Both the position numbers and the translations under genes were made by a program. A model generated the notes under the pieces. That model was not told where the DNA came from. It worked only from the letters and a program-made list of their open reading frames with translations, and made no database searches. This document shows positions 31,000 to 40,455 of a stretch of 64,000 nucleotides of DNA, piece by piece (position 1 is the first letter of the stretch; each line of letters starts with the position of its first letter). Source of the stretch: a virus; the IMG/VR virus record IMGVR_UViG_3300014499_000004, positions 3,761 through 67,760 of that record. The stretch is one strand, 5' to 3'.

Positions 31000-31467
31000 C
31001 TACAATTCCGTTCTCTTAGCGTTAAGAATAGCTGGTACTAGGGTGAGTGCCTCTTCGAGCGTGTCAACACTCCATGCCACTAATTGATTAATAAACTCAT
31101 GATCATGAACCTCACCACGAACCATCAACACAGGAACTCGAAAAGCATCAGCCCACGCTATTTCCATACATGTTCCGATACTGACCTTCTTTGCATCAGC
31201 AAAATTAACGAGGATCAAATCAGATGTTTTCACATCGTTACGGTCTCGTCCTACAATACCCTGAGGGAGTGAGAGAGGCCAATCGGTACGACCAATGTGT
31301 TGTTTATCGATTGTCTCAAACGCTGCCAAATAATCTTTACCTCGTAATGGGCTTAGTCCTTCAATATCCCATGATTCAAGTTCCTTAATGGCATAATCAC
31401 GCCAATCCTGACCATCTGCATAAGATAATCCAGTTATTGGTCCTGCTAAATAGACTCTTTTAGTCAT
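31000..31467 (-). CDS. nucleoside 2-deoxyribosyltransferase-like / nucleotide N-hydrolase
   Basis: VYLAGPI, D...SD, SIGTCMEIAWA. Confidence 0.8.
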   Translation of the reverse strand: MTKRVYLAGPITGLSYADGQDWRDYAIKELESWDIEGLSPLRGKDYLAAFETIDKQHIGRTDWPLSLPQGIVGRDRNDVKTSDLILVNFADAKKVSIGTCMEIAWADAFRVPVLMVRGEVHDHEFINQLVAWSVDTLEEALTLVPAILNAKRTEL

Positions 31468-31484
31468 TGTTATTATTCACTTTC

Positions 31485-32027
31485 TTAGTTTCTAACATTT
31501 AAACTTTCCTCCAGTATTCTTTTAGTATTTTCCATTATGTCAATACCATCTTTAATATATCTTTTCTCATCATTACTATCTTTTCGGGCAATGACCCAGG
31601 ATAATACTGTCCATTGTTCATGATCCCAATCATCACTATACACTGTCCAGTCAATAATAGCAACTCGATCTAATGTTAGATCATGAAAACTTCTACCGAT
31701 GATTTCACCTTCCAATGACATTAAACGATCTGGTGGGAAATCCCTATTATGTGACTCGTTACTAATTATTATCCTTGGAAAATCTATAGATAATATTTCA
31801 TCATCACCAAGATCAATTTCTACACCACCGCTGTTATGTTTTACTATTAACTCATGAGTTGGCATTAGTGCTAGTGGTTTTTCGACAAATGGCATTGCTG
31901 CTGAACGAATTGCCTGTTGGCGTGCTTCATCCTCTAGGTCTACGGCCCAATTCAATACATTATCAAATGATTCTACGCTCAAGGTCCTACTCCTTCCATC
32001 CATACAGTATAGCCGAATCCAGTCCAT
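31485..32027 (-). CDS. hypothetical protein
   Basis: 180-aa ORF; start uncertain. Confidence 0.6.
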   Translation of the reverse strand: MDWIRLYCMDGRSRTLSVESFDNVLNWAVDLEDEARQQAIRSAAMPFVEKPLALMPTHELIVKHNSGGVEIDLGDDEILSIDFPRIIISNESHNRDFPPDRLMSLEGEIIGRSFHDLTLDRVAIIDWTVYSDDWDHEQWTVLSWVIARKDSNDEKRYIKDGIDIMENTKRILEESLNVRN

Positions 32028-32311
32028 CCTGTGTCAAGTTGATAATCAATTTTATCAATAATTTTTTCTAGGTGAGATTCAGTAATAGCATTTATCGGAT
32101 ATGGTTCTTCATTCTTTAGAGAGAGTAAGACATCGAGAATTCTCCGTGCATCATACTTATCTAGGTCGGTATGACTTTTAACATGAAGATCGTGTAGTTG
32201 ATAGCGATCCATATAGTATACTGAATCATAATTCATTCCATGTTCGTTAATCATATGATCTGCGAAATCAACCATTGATATAAACTCATACATTTCTGGA
32301 ATATCAATCAT
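31979..32311 (-). CDS. hypothetical protein
   Basis: Start reassigned to MIDIPE after AAGGA. Confidence 0.55.
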   Translation of the reverse strand: MIDIPEMYEFISMVDFADHMINEHGMNYDSVYYMDRYQLHDLHVKSHTDLDKYDARRILDVLLSLKNEEPYPINAITESHLEKIIDKIDYQLDTGWTGFGYTVWMEGVGP

Positions 32312-32555
32312 TATTTTCCTTAAATAATTTTTCGACCATCGCAAAGTGTAGGTCAATTGAGCCATTATCATCAATAAACCACCAAGGTTCTGAACCATCG
32401 CCTATTAATTGCCAACCAGTTGGGTTCTTGAATTCAGTATCATCATCCTCGTAAACAAATGCAATGGCATAACCTCGTGGATGAAAAACACTAGTGTTGA
32501 TAAGCCACAATAAGCCTCTATCACGAAACTCTTCAAATGTATGAACTTCACTCAT
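32304..32555 (-). CDS. hypothetical phage protein
   Basis: EFRDRGLLWLIN...HPRGYA. Confidence 0.65.
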   Translation of the reverse strand: MSEVHTFEEFRDRGLLWLINTSVFHPRGYAIAFVYEDDDTEFKNPTGWQLIGDGSEPWWFIDDNGSIDLHFAMVEKLFKENND

Positions 32556-34021
32556 TATAAAAGCTCCCCATATTCAATGTCTATTGGATCTTCAACATCA
32601 TCATAGAAACCTTCTGGTAATTCTTCTGGAAGCTTTTTCAAAGGTTTCTTGGTTTTACCCAAAGATTTCTTATACTTATTGTAATAATTTTTATTAATAG
32701 GTTCTACCATCATTTTTTGTACATCTTCTGTAATTTCCTTTAAATCATCTTGAGCAAGTTGTTCTTTGACTGTAACTTTAGTTTGTTCAAAATTTGTTCC
32801 TGTGTCATAAGTAATAGTAGTAGAACCATCAATAGGGTTAACATATGTATACACTGTATTTTCAGGAGTAACTGATCCAAGAGTAGTCCAAGTACTATTA
32901 TAAATACCAGTGTATGGACTATTATATGGTACAGTTGTCATACCTTGTTGAGTCCATGGATTAGTATTTGGAGTTTGTATAACACCTACACCACCTGGAT
33001 AATATGGTGGTATTGGATTTATTGGTGTTATTGGATTTATTGGTGTTAATGGAGGTTGTTGTACTGGTTGTGGGAACTGCTCATAAAATGGATCAGTATT
33101 AGGATCAACGTTACCAGTGTTGTTACGCCACCACCAAATTTTTATATCATAATCACGGATTAGCATTCCACTACCATACATAGTTGTCCACTCATCATAT
33201 TCATTATCTTCAAGAGCATAGGGTGGAGGATCAAAAGTATTAAGGTAATTAGAGTCTGGAATAATATGAATAAAGTTATTTAGTTCATCAATCGAATCAA
33301 TAATTGCTGGTTGATTATCATAGTAAATTTCTCGACCAACTAAATCTTGACCATCCCTACAGATAGAGAAAGGTTGTACCTTTAGTTCATCAATAGCTCG
33401 ATCAGCCTTCATTAGAAGATCTTGTACATCGATACTTTCAAGAATTCTGGCCAATTTATCATTGATATAAATTTTACAAATGGCAGCTTTCTTTACTTCA
33501 CTACCAATAAGATCTGATCTTTGAAGATCATTCCATGTTTCGAACTCTACGAATATTTTTTCTTGATGACCATTAAAAGGAACAATTTCACCGTCAGGGA
33601 ATTTGGCATATAAATCTTCTTCGTCTTCGAATACTGAATCAATTAATCCAATGTGAGCGAAGACTGGTGTTGGAGTTGAAGGGAAATAAACACCATCTTT
33701 GATTCTTGCGTATTGGTGATCTCTTCCAATTTCAACCCTACCACACTCTTCAAACTCATTCGCATATATTGGATTTTCCATATCAATATTAGGACTAGGC
33801 TCTAGAGCTTCATCAGTAGCTTCATTCCACACTGTCTTAGGAGAAGGAGAAAATGGTGGCAAGGCAGTACTAGTTTGAGTAGTGGCATAATTACTAGTTT
33901 GAGTAGTGGCATAACCAGTATAAGTATTTGTAAGTAATCGTTGGTTTTGAGCTTTTATTTGATTTACTACTTTATTTAATAAATCTGCTGTTAACATTGG
34001 TGGATCTCCATTTAAAGCCAT
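32555..34021 (-). CDS. hypothetical protein with Pro/Thr-rich segments
   Basis: About 488 aa; internal YATTQTS duplication. Confidence 0.7.
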   Translation of the reverse strand: MALNGDPPMLTADLLNKVVNQIKAQNQRLLTNTYTGYATTQTSNYATTQTSTALPPFSPSPKTVWNEATDEALEPSPNIDMENPIYANEFEECGRVEIGRDHQYARIKDGVYFPSTPTPVFAHIGLIDSVFEDEEDLYAKFPDGEIVPFNGHQEKIFVEFETWNDLQRSDLIGSEVKKAAICKIYINDKLARILESIDVQDLLMKADRAIDELKVQPFSICRDGQDLVGREIYYDNQPAIIDSIDELNNFIHIIPDSNYLNTFDPPPYALEDNEYDEWTTMYGSGMLIRDYDIKIWWWRNNTGNVDPNTDPFYEQFPQPVQQPPLTPINPITPINPIPPYYPGGVGVIQTPNTNPWTQQGMTTVPYNSPYTGIYNSTWTTLGSVTPENTVYTYVNPIDGSTTITYDTGTNFEQTKVTVKEQLAQDDLKEITEDVQKMMVEPINKNYYNKYKKSLGKTKKPLKKLPEELPEGFYDDVEDPIDIEYGELL

Positions 34022-34044
34022 TTCTTTTCCTTCTTTCTTATGTA

Positions 34045-34233
34045 TTAGTTTAAGCATTTCCAGTTATCATAACTTATCTTTGCGAAGATTGCATCCAACA
34101 CGATAAAGACTATATCAAATATTGACCAACCAAAATTGCGTTTTCCTATTTCAACAGATAAACCTTCTATCATTATAAACATAAATACTAACATCATCCA
34201 GAATCGAAATTGCCAATCAATTGATCTACTCAT
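34045..34233 (-). CDS. small two-TM membrane protein
   Basis: Two hydrophobic helices, GAGGAG RBS. Confidence 0.6.
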   Translation of the reverse strand: MSRSIDWQFRFWMMLVFMFIMIEGLSVEIGKRNFGWSIFDIVFIVLDAIFAKISYDNWKCLN

Positions 34234-34332
34234 TATAACTCCTCATGACATGGGCAACTACAGTTAGCAGACCCGAAACAACCGTAAGATCCACACTCTG
34301 GATAATTCATTTAACTCCTCTATTAGATTGCA

Positions 34333-34447
34333 GCGAGAGGACAGCAAAGTCCATTGGAAAAACAGAATGCTTTTAGAAACATCCAACTCCTCTGGTGTTC
34401 AAAGCCTGATGAGGGAATATCTCCTTAGTCTTTTACTGCCCTCTCAC
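34333..34447 (-). ncRNA. candidate promoter-driven small RNA
   Basis: Closing helix GUGAGAGGGCAGUAAA/UUUGCUGUCCUCUCGC starts just downstream of a consensus promoter. Confidence 0.5.
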
Positions 34448-34455
34448 TATTACTT

Positions 34456-34484
34456 AGTATATTAACACTATTTGTTAGTGTCAA
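34456..34484 (-). promoter_or_regulatory. sigma70-type promoter
   Basis: TTGACA-17-TATACT. Confidence 0.7.
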
Positions 34485-34592
34485 GTCATTAGTTAATACT
34501 TATATTACAACTATATTACGATATTACCTGTCATAGCAAGACACACAATGGCAATGATGGCACACCAAAAAGCCCAGTACCAGCATTCATTT

Positions 34593-34811
34593 CTATTCAT
34601 CCTTATCACTGATCAATGCTAAATATTTAAGTGCTGTTTTTTTCGCAGTTCGCTTAAAAAAATAGGGACCATGCAATGGTATAGGATGTTCACCAGCAGG
34701 TATAGCACCACCAAACCAACCATCTTTAGTTCGTCTGATAATAGCCATATCTTTACCCTTACGATGAGTCCAGTAAGCAGCACCCAAATACTCATTAAAA
34801 CTTGGAAGCAT
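34593..34811 (-). CDS. hypothetical protein
   Basis: 72-aa ORF, overlapping stop/start. Confidence 0.55.
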   Translation of the reverse strand: MLPSFNEYLGAAYWTHRKGKDMAIIRRTKDGWFGGAIPAGEHPIPLHGPYFFKRTAKKTALKYLALISDKDE

Positions 34812-35197
34812 TATCTCTTTCCTTTATTATCTACTGGTGTTACTATAGTCTCATGGCTTTCATTAATAAGAACACGTGGTCCAACAATAGGTCTAAGAAT
34901 TTCATTAAAAACGATTAGTGATGCTTGGCGAACACACTCATAGAATGTTTTACTTATTTCAGTTGTTTGATCATATCTTTCATTTTGAAAGAATGCATCT
35001 ACAGTAATATTACAATTTTCGTGCGAACACCCATTTTTAGGTCCTACTTCAACTGTTACATTAGGAAATCCAGCATCAGATAGAAATTTTAAGACACCTT
35101 TTCTTATTCTTTCGTGGATGTCCTCCTTTTCAGGATCTTCACTAATAGATGGATTAGTAGTTGGTTGTATAACTTTAGTGAATAGTTCTTTTAACAT
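34811..35197 (-). CDS. hypothetical protein
   Basis: 128-aa ORF, overlapping stop/start. Confidence 0.6.
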   Translation of the reverse strand: MLKELFTKVIQPTTNPSISEDPEKEDIHERIRKGVLKFLSDAGFPNVTVEVGPKNGCSHENCNITVDAFFQNERYDQTTEISKTFYECVRQASLIVFNEILRPIVGPRVLINESHETIVTPVDNKGKR

Positions 35198-35721
35198 TAC
35201 TCTTTCTTTTCAATATAAAAGGACATTAGAAAAAGAATAATACCAAGTACGATTAATGCACCGAAGTACCAGATAGCCAAGGTAGTATCACCAATGGTGG
35301 CCGATCCACCAGCACCAGTATTAGGTGGTCCATGAGGAATGGTTATTGGTGGGTATGTAGTACTAGGGCCCGTGCTTGTTGATGTCGTAGTTGTCGAGGT
35401 ACTCGTGCTGGTAGTAGTAGTCGTCCCAATCACGGTCATCGATGTCGTTATCGGAGGTGGTGGTGGGGTGTTTATGAACCTTACAGTCGTAGTGGTGACC
35501 GGGACCGTGGTGGTAGTTTGGACTGGGGCACTTGTCGTTGTAGTGGACTTCGGTACCGTCGAAGTGGTAGTGGTGTTTTTCGAATATGGAATTGTCGTTG
35601 TTGGGCATGGTCTCGTAGTTGTAGTCGTTGGAGAAGCTCCTGCCGTTAAAGACAGGGAAACTATTAGGGTTGGTATCGCCAGAACTCCGACAAGAACTTT
35701 TGATGTAAGTAAGATTTTCAT
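35197..35721 (-). CDS. secreted Thr/Pro-rich protein with sortase-like anchor
   Basis: Signal peptide, poly-Thr tracts, PPNTG, TM helix, EKKE tail. Confidence 0.7.
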   Translation of the reverse strand: MKILLTSKVLVGVLAIPTLIVSLSLTAGASPTTTTTRPCPTTTIPYSKNTTTTSTVPKSTTTTSAPVQTTTTVPVTTTTVRFINTPPPPPITTSMTVIGTTTTTSTSTSTTTTSTSTGPSTTYPPITIPHGPPNTGAGGSATIGDTTLAIWYFGALIVLGIILFLMSFYIEKKE

Positions 35722-35728
35722 ATCTACT

Positions 35729-35757
35729 ACTCTAGCAGAGTAATAGCCTTATGTCAA
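35729..35757 (-). promoter_or_regulatory. sigma70-type promoter, leaderless
   Basis: TTGACA-17-TAGAGT, then 7 nt to ATG 35721. Confidence 0.6.
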
Positions 35758-35781
35758 TCCCTAATGATAGGGATCTCTTAT

Positions 35782-36804
35782 TTAGTTACAGGGACTTCTG
35801 GTCCCATTAAGGTTTTGATTGAATAGAGCACCATTGATTCCTGCTGTAATATCAGAAGGACAGAACTTACTCGTAGCAATAGAGTACTCTGCGTTAAAGA
35901 TTGCCTTATGACCTTCATACTTACTTAGGAAACTACAAGTACCATATTGATTGCACTGCTCTGTGATCACTGCATCGGCAAGAGGATACATAGCGTTAGC
36001 GTAGGTGTTATCTCCTACATCATCAGGGTTTTTAATGATCCAAGCTAACCCTAGAGAATGCATATAGTTAGCTAGCGTAGTCATATAGGTTTCTTCGTTT
36101 GCTTCGGTTATGGTAAAACCAGTTTTGCCCTCGTTGTTATTGAAGGTTTCATCCAGATCGGTTTCAACTCCGTTGAATCCTTTTTGGGCACACTGCTGAT
36201 TGATCATCGCCTCCGTAATAGATACAGTAGATGGAGCATTGATATTGAGGAAATATTCGGGATATCCACTGAGCTTGGAACCAAAATCACCTGCGGTCTG
36301 GTACTGGGAGTAGTAAGTAGTGGATAAGCCTTCTTGCGCTGCAGTGTAGTAGTTACCTGCAGTTCCGACTTCGATGTAGCAGATAGTCTTTTTACCAGAT
36401 GACTCAAGCGTTGATACAGTAGATGCTGAGTTTTCGATTCCATCGATGTCATAGACTTGCGGTGATGGGGCCGTAGCCCCTGATGGAAGTTTGTCATTAG
36501 TTCCCATTTCTGTAGGATTAGTCAAGGATAATTGGCCAGCTAAATACCACTGCCAAGGGAGGTTGGCACCTGATTGGGGTTGCCACCATGATCCATTCAG
36601 TATTGAGGTGGTCGTAGTTGATACGGGGATCGTTGTAGTAGTACGTGGAACTGTGGTGGTTGTAGATTTAGGTTGTGTAGTAGTAGTAGGATGCTTCTTA
36701 TGATGAGAACCAACTGATGAATTAGTTGATACCCCTGTTAATAGTCCCAATGTTAATAGTATAACTGCAGCAACAGTAATAGGGATAAATAATGGATGTT
36801 TCAT
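35782..36804 (-). CDS. secreted GH114-like endo-alpha-1,4-polygalactosaminidase
   Basis: N-terminal signal/TM, Thr linker, WQWYL, VYDIDG, ICYIEVG, KGFNGVETD, IKN, EQC, NAEY. Confidence 0.75.
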   Translation of the reverse strand: MKHPLFIPITVAAVILLTLGLLTGVSTNSSVGSHHKKHPTTTTQPKSTTTTVPRTTTTIPVSTTTTSILNGSWWQPQSGANLPWQWYLAGQLSLTNPTEMGTNDKLPSGATAPSPQVYDIDGIENSASTVSTLESSGKKTICYIEVGTAGNYYTAAQEGLSTTYYSQYQTAGDFGSKLSGYPEYFLNINAPSTVSITEAMINQQCAQKGFNGVETDLDETFNNNEGKTGFTITEANEETYMTTLANYMHSLGLAWIIKNPDDVGDNTYANAMYPLADAVITEQCNQYGTCSFLSKYEGHKAIFNAEYSIATSKFCPSDITAGINGALFNQNLNGTRSPCN

Positions 36805-36808
36805 AGTA

Positions 36809-37141
36809 TTAATTCTTTCTGTCTAAAAGATCTGCAATATGTTGTTTAAGAGATTCGTGGTGCTCGTCAGCTTGTTGCATTTTTTCGTCGTGATGCTGTT
36901 GAGCTTGGTCTTTAAGTTCTGTGTGATTCTTATCTAGTTTTTTGTGAAGAGCCTCAAAGTGGTTGTTGACCCATTTTCTAAATCGAGGAACTAAAAAGTA
37001 AGAACCTATTGCTACTAGAATAGCTTGCCAAGGCCAGGTAGCACCAATATTGGTCTTTACTGCTTCCCAAGCAATAGTTGAAATAACTTCGTGTCTAAAA
37101 AGATCTAAGTAGTGTACTGTTAAATGTAAATACCAATGCAT
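36809..37141 (-). CDS. membrane protein
   Basis: One TM helix and a His-rich coiled tail. Confidence 0.6.
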   Translation of the reverse strand: MHWYLHLTVHYLDLFRHEVISTIAWEAVKTNIGATWPWQAILVAIGSYFLVPRFRKWVNNHFEALHKKLDKNHTELKDQAQQHHDEKMQQADEHHESLKQHIADLLDRKN

Positions 37142-37145
37142 TTAT

Positions 37146-37559
37146 TTACTTAAATGCACCACTAGTGAAGAGAATTATAATAGTTCCACTAAAGATACCA
37201 ATTAAACCTAAAATCGAGAAGAATAACGCACGACCACTTGTTCTATCAGCATCTTGTTTGGCAGCAAGTTTAGCTTCTAGAGTATTTAGATCCTCTTTAG
37301 TAGCATAAAGTCCTCGTTCACTAGCAATTTGTTCACGAAGTTCATTAGCTTTTTCGTCTTTATACGTTTGCTGTTGGCGTGCCAAATCCAATGCTTTTTC
37401 ATCGGCCTCTTGTTTAATCTGTAGTGCTCTTTGATCATTTTCTCGAAGATCTTGGGCGTGTTCAATCCAAGCTTCTAGAGTCCATATTGGACCAGGTGGT
37501 TGCATTTGTTTATCTTTTTTTGGCATGATGATCTCTAAAGTTCTTATATTACTAAACAC
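37146..37559 (-). CDS. coiled-coil protein with C-terminal TM helix
   Basis: KANELR...YATKEDL, hydrophobic C-terminus; start uncertain. Confidence 0.6.
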   Translation of the reverse strand: MFSNIRTLEIIMPKKDKQMQPPGPIWTLEAWIEHAQDLRENDQRALQIKQEADEKALDLARQQQTYKDEKANELREQIASERGLYATKEDLNTLEAKLAAKQDADRTSGRALFFSILGLIGIFSGTIIILFTSGAFK

Positions 37560-37683
37560 TAGTTGGAGTTTCAGTACTAATTAAAAAAAAAGATAGTATC
37601 CATAATCCGCTTTTTAGGGCAAACTACAGATACTACCTTTTTTATTTAATATTAAAGAACTACAATAATAATAATGATTATAA

Positions 37684-38196
37684 TTAAGAGTAGTAATCCG
37701 TTCCCTCGGCTCGTCCAGAAGAACGGACTTTTAGTGCGGCGGTCTCCCAGCGGTCTCGCTCCTTTGTCAACTGGTCTCGCTGCTTGACAATCTCGCCAGT
37801 CAACGCCGCCGACGTTTTCAGAGCCTGTTCCAACATCGCCACTTTTCCTCGAAGTGTTGAAAGTTCTTCCGGCTCGGCTCGTGAAGGGGCGGCAGGGAGT
37901 TCAGAAATTATGTCAAGTGCTGCCATCAGTCCTTCGTCAAATGCGTATCCCTGCTCATCAGACATCCATTCGGCCCAGTCGTCATCAATTTTTGCGTCGA
38001 GGGCCTCTAGTGCGACTGCTCTACTAATATTATCTGAGCCGTTAGTCATTGTTAATAACTCTTCGTACCTCTTGAATATCTCACTGACGAATGTGGGATC
38101 GGGGCAATCAGAACCGGAGCATGTCAACCACTCACCCTGAGCAACGAATACCCCTGAATGGCAGAGGGGACACTTTCCTTTAACGAATACGCTCAT
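37684..38196 (-). CDS. hypothetical protein (zinc ribbon plus coiled coil)
   Basis: CPLC...CSGSDC; AAAGGA RBS. Confidence 0.65.
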   Translation of the reverse strand: MSVFVKGKCPLCHSGVFVAQGEWLTCSGSDCPDPTFVSEIFKRYEELLTMTNGSDNISRAVALEALDAKIDDDWAEWMSDEQGYAFDEGLMAALDIISELPAAPSRAEPEELSTLRGKVAMLEQALKTSAALTGEIVKQRDQLTKERDRWETAALKVRSSGRAEGTDYYS

Positions 38197-38229
38197 TTGA
38201 TTCCTTTCGTATAGAGATTAGTATAACAG

Positions 38230-38493
38230 TTAACTGACTTGGATCAATCTTGGATTTACTATAATACCTTCCATTAGATCGTCAATCCCACGGCAAAAAC
38301 ACCAGTCATTAAGGTCTCCAACAGCGACAAGACATTGTTGACCGCTTGAATGATCCTCTTCAAAGTGACCGCATTGACGACACGAGCTGCCAAAACTTCC
38401 TGTGAACAGCCAATTTTCTGCTTGGTATAACATTGCTGTATAAAGATCAGCACGAAGTTCTTTTCGTCGGAGTGTATTATCTATTTGATTCAT
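38230..38493 (-). CDS. hypothetical Cys-rich protein, leaderless
   Basis: TGTTATACT 7 nt before the ATG; CRQCGH...CFC. Confidence 0.6.
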   Translation of the reverse strand: MNQIDNTLRRKELRADLYTAMLYQAENWLFTGSFGSSCRQCGHFEEDHSSGQQCLVAVGDLNDWCFCRGIDDLMEGIIVNPRLIQVS

Positions 38494-38711
38494 ACTTATG
38501 AGTATAACATAAGGTACTCATTAGCAGTTGGTATTAATGTTACAATTACATTACAATAAGGGGCAGGGGATTAGGGGTAATAGGCACACGGTTTTGACGG
38601 TCACGCTCTGGTTAACTTGAACACGGGCCAGAAATTGATCTTCTCTTCTGTTAGTATTAGCATTAGTATTACATGTTAAACAATATATAATATAACTCTA
38701 TTAATATTAAT

Positions 38712-38912
38712 ATAGGCACTTAGTAAATTGGGATTTTCACTTTATATAAAAAACGCTATTTAGGTATTAGTATATACCAAAGCATGCTTTCTAATATGCT
38801 CATTAGAAATAGAGATTTCCAGTTTACATAAAAGGACGACTATTCAGATATGCATATTAGAAATTTATTCAGATATGCACATTAGAAATTGAATATTTCA
38901 GTCTATATAAAG
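38712..38912. repeat. degenerate direct repeats at the strand-switch point
   Basis: About 40-bp units at 38712, 38794 and 38873, plus 25-bp tandem TATTCAGATATGCAYATTAGAAATT at 38841-38890. Confidence 0.7.
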
Positions 38913-39170
38913 GTAGAGCTAGCTCTGTTATCAGGTAAAATATGGTACCAGTAATACCTTTTGATCTTTTCACAGGAAAATCTAATAGTATAATTCTATG
39001 ACATTTGTGTTCGTCTAATGCACCTGTTATAATGCCGTTATCGCACCTGCCAATGGGTAATGAGGTAAACACTTAATACCAATTGGTTAGACTAATGTGA
39101 TACCCAATAGAAAATATCTAATGGATGGGCTACGCCCAAAAAGAAATAAAAGAAAGTGAGTTAATTGATT

Positions 39171-39890
39171 ATGTCAAATGACTTTACTAGTGACAACACT
39201 GACGAGTTCGACGAACTTTTGGCATCCCTACCAGGGTTATCGCCAATTGTTCCCGGAAAGCGTGGTGGTGGACGAAAGGCTACCAATAACATTGGGGCTG
39301 ATGACTTGGGGCTGTCAATGCTCAAGACTCTTCGTTCGGACAATCACGTTGACTTGTTCACTGCTGGCAATCTAAAGGGTAATACCCTTTGGGGTGTCAT
39401 TGACCAAAAGTCCTACGATAGGGCTAATCAAGTCGCAATGGGCATAACTCCGAGTTATTCTCAGACTGGTATTCTTGCTGTTTCATTGGCAAGGACCAAT
39501 GAGGGTGAGATTTTCGTTCAGTGGTGGAAGGCAACATTGGTTAACAGTGTTCTGTCTTTCCAAAAGGTCCTTCGTAAGGGTGCTCAATACCTTTTGGGTG
39601 CTAACTCAAAGGGTCAAATGGGAATATGGAAGATTGATGCAACCAGTGGTCTTCCAGAAGTGAAGAACAATGGGGACTATTTCTCATTCCCATACTCCAC
39701 TTTGGTTGATTTCGAGGTTTACCTCAATGCCATCGTGGAAGTTCACGAAGTTGCTGTTTCATTCCCCAATGAGGAAGTTTCTCAATTGCGAGGTCTTGCT
39801 GAGATTCTCGCCCAAGTCAACCTCAATGCTATTATCAATGAGCCAGTTGAGGTAATGACTGAAGAAGAGGATGAAGAGGATGATGAGTAG
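39171..39890 (+). CDS. hypothetical protein with acidic tail (first rightward gene)
   Basis: 239 aa, ends EEEDEEDDE. Confidence 0.75.
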   Translation: MSNDFTSDNTDEFDELLASLPGLSPIVPGKRGGGRKATNNIGADDLGLSMLKTLRSDNHVDLFTAGNLKGNTLWGVIDQKSYDRANQVAMGITPSYSQTGILAVSLARTNEGEIFVQWWKATLVNSVLSFQKVLRKGAQYLLGANSKGQMGIWKIDATSGLPEVKNNGDYFSFPYSTLVDFEVYLNAIVEVHEVAVSFPNEEVSQLRGLAEILAQVNLNAIINEPVEVMTEEEDEEDDE

Positions 39891-39922
39891 GGGTTAATAA
39901 CCCCTGCTTCATCAACTCAATA

Positions 39923-40030
39923 CTAATCCTGGGTATGATTAGCGGTAATGATCAATACTAATAACTTGATTATGATCAGTTATTGATTAATGATCAGTAA
40001 TTGATTTAAGTCCGTACTCGATAACTGCCC
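39923..40030 (+). ncRNA. pseudoknot family A (with inserted hairpin)
   Basis: CTAATC-CTGGGTAT-GATTAG...ATAAC-TGCCC. Confidence 0.6.
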
Positions 40031-40069
40031 AATGTCTTGGTCCCCCCAGTAGTACAAATATCAAGACAT

Positions 40070-40142
40070 TCCCAGATAGCTCAATTGGCAGAGCAAATCC
40101 CTGTTAAGGATAAGGTTGTAGGTTCGAGTCCTGCTCTGGGAG
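40070..40142 (+). tRNA. tRNA-Asn(GTT)
   Basis: TCCCAGA/TCTGGGA acceptor, ATCC CTGTTAA GGAT anticodon arm, GGTTCGAGTCC. Confidence 0.9.
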
Positions 40143-40158
40143 CGATGTAAGTTCAATG

Positions 40159-40198
40159 CTAACTATTATTTCTTGAGACTAACTATTATTTCTTGAGA
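40159..40198 (+). repeat. 20-bp tandem duplication inside a hairpin
   Basis: CTAACTATTATTTCTTGAGA x2. Confidence 0.8.
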
Positions 40199-40423
40199 GT
40201 AGTTAGTATTGAGTCAAACACTAGGTTGATTCCAAATTTAGTGTTATTACATCCCACCTAAACTAGTGGCTAAATTAGTTTGCCAAGTAAGTAACGGCTT
40301 AGATACTTGCCTACCTCAAAGCCATCACTGGGGAGAATAAGATAGTAAGTGATGGCCGATTAATAATTTAATAGTGGTGCCCTAATGTGACCTGGGTTAA
40401 ATGACTGAGTACGAGCCACTATT

Positions 40424-40455
40424 AACTACCTTGGGACATGTAGTTAAACTGTCCC
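40424..40455 (+). ncRNA. pseudoknot family A
   Basis: AACTAC-CTTGGGACAT-GTAGTT-AAAC-TGTCCC. Confidence 0.7.

Noticed and set aside
35339-35743. Val-rich plus-strand ORF (also 36491-36703)
   Set aside because: Antisense shadow of Thr-rich ACN codons in the real minus-strand genes
38712-38912. CRISPR-like array
   Set aside because: Only three degenerate units and no cas genes in the window
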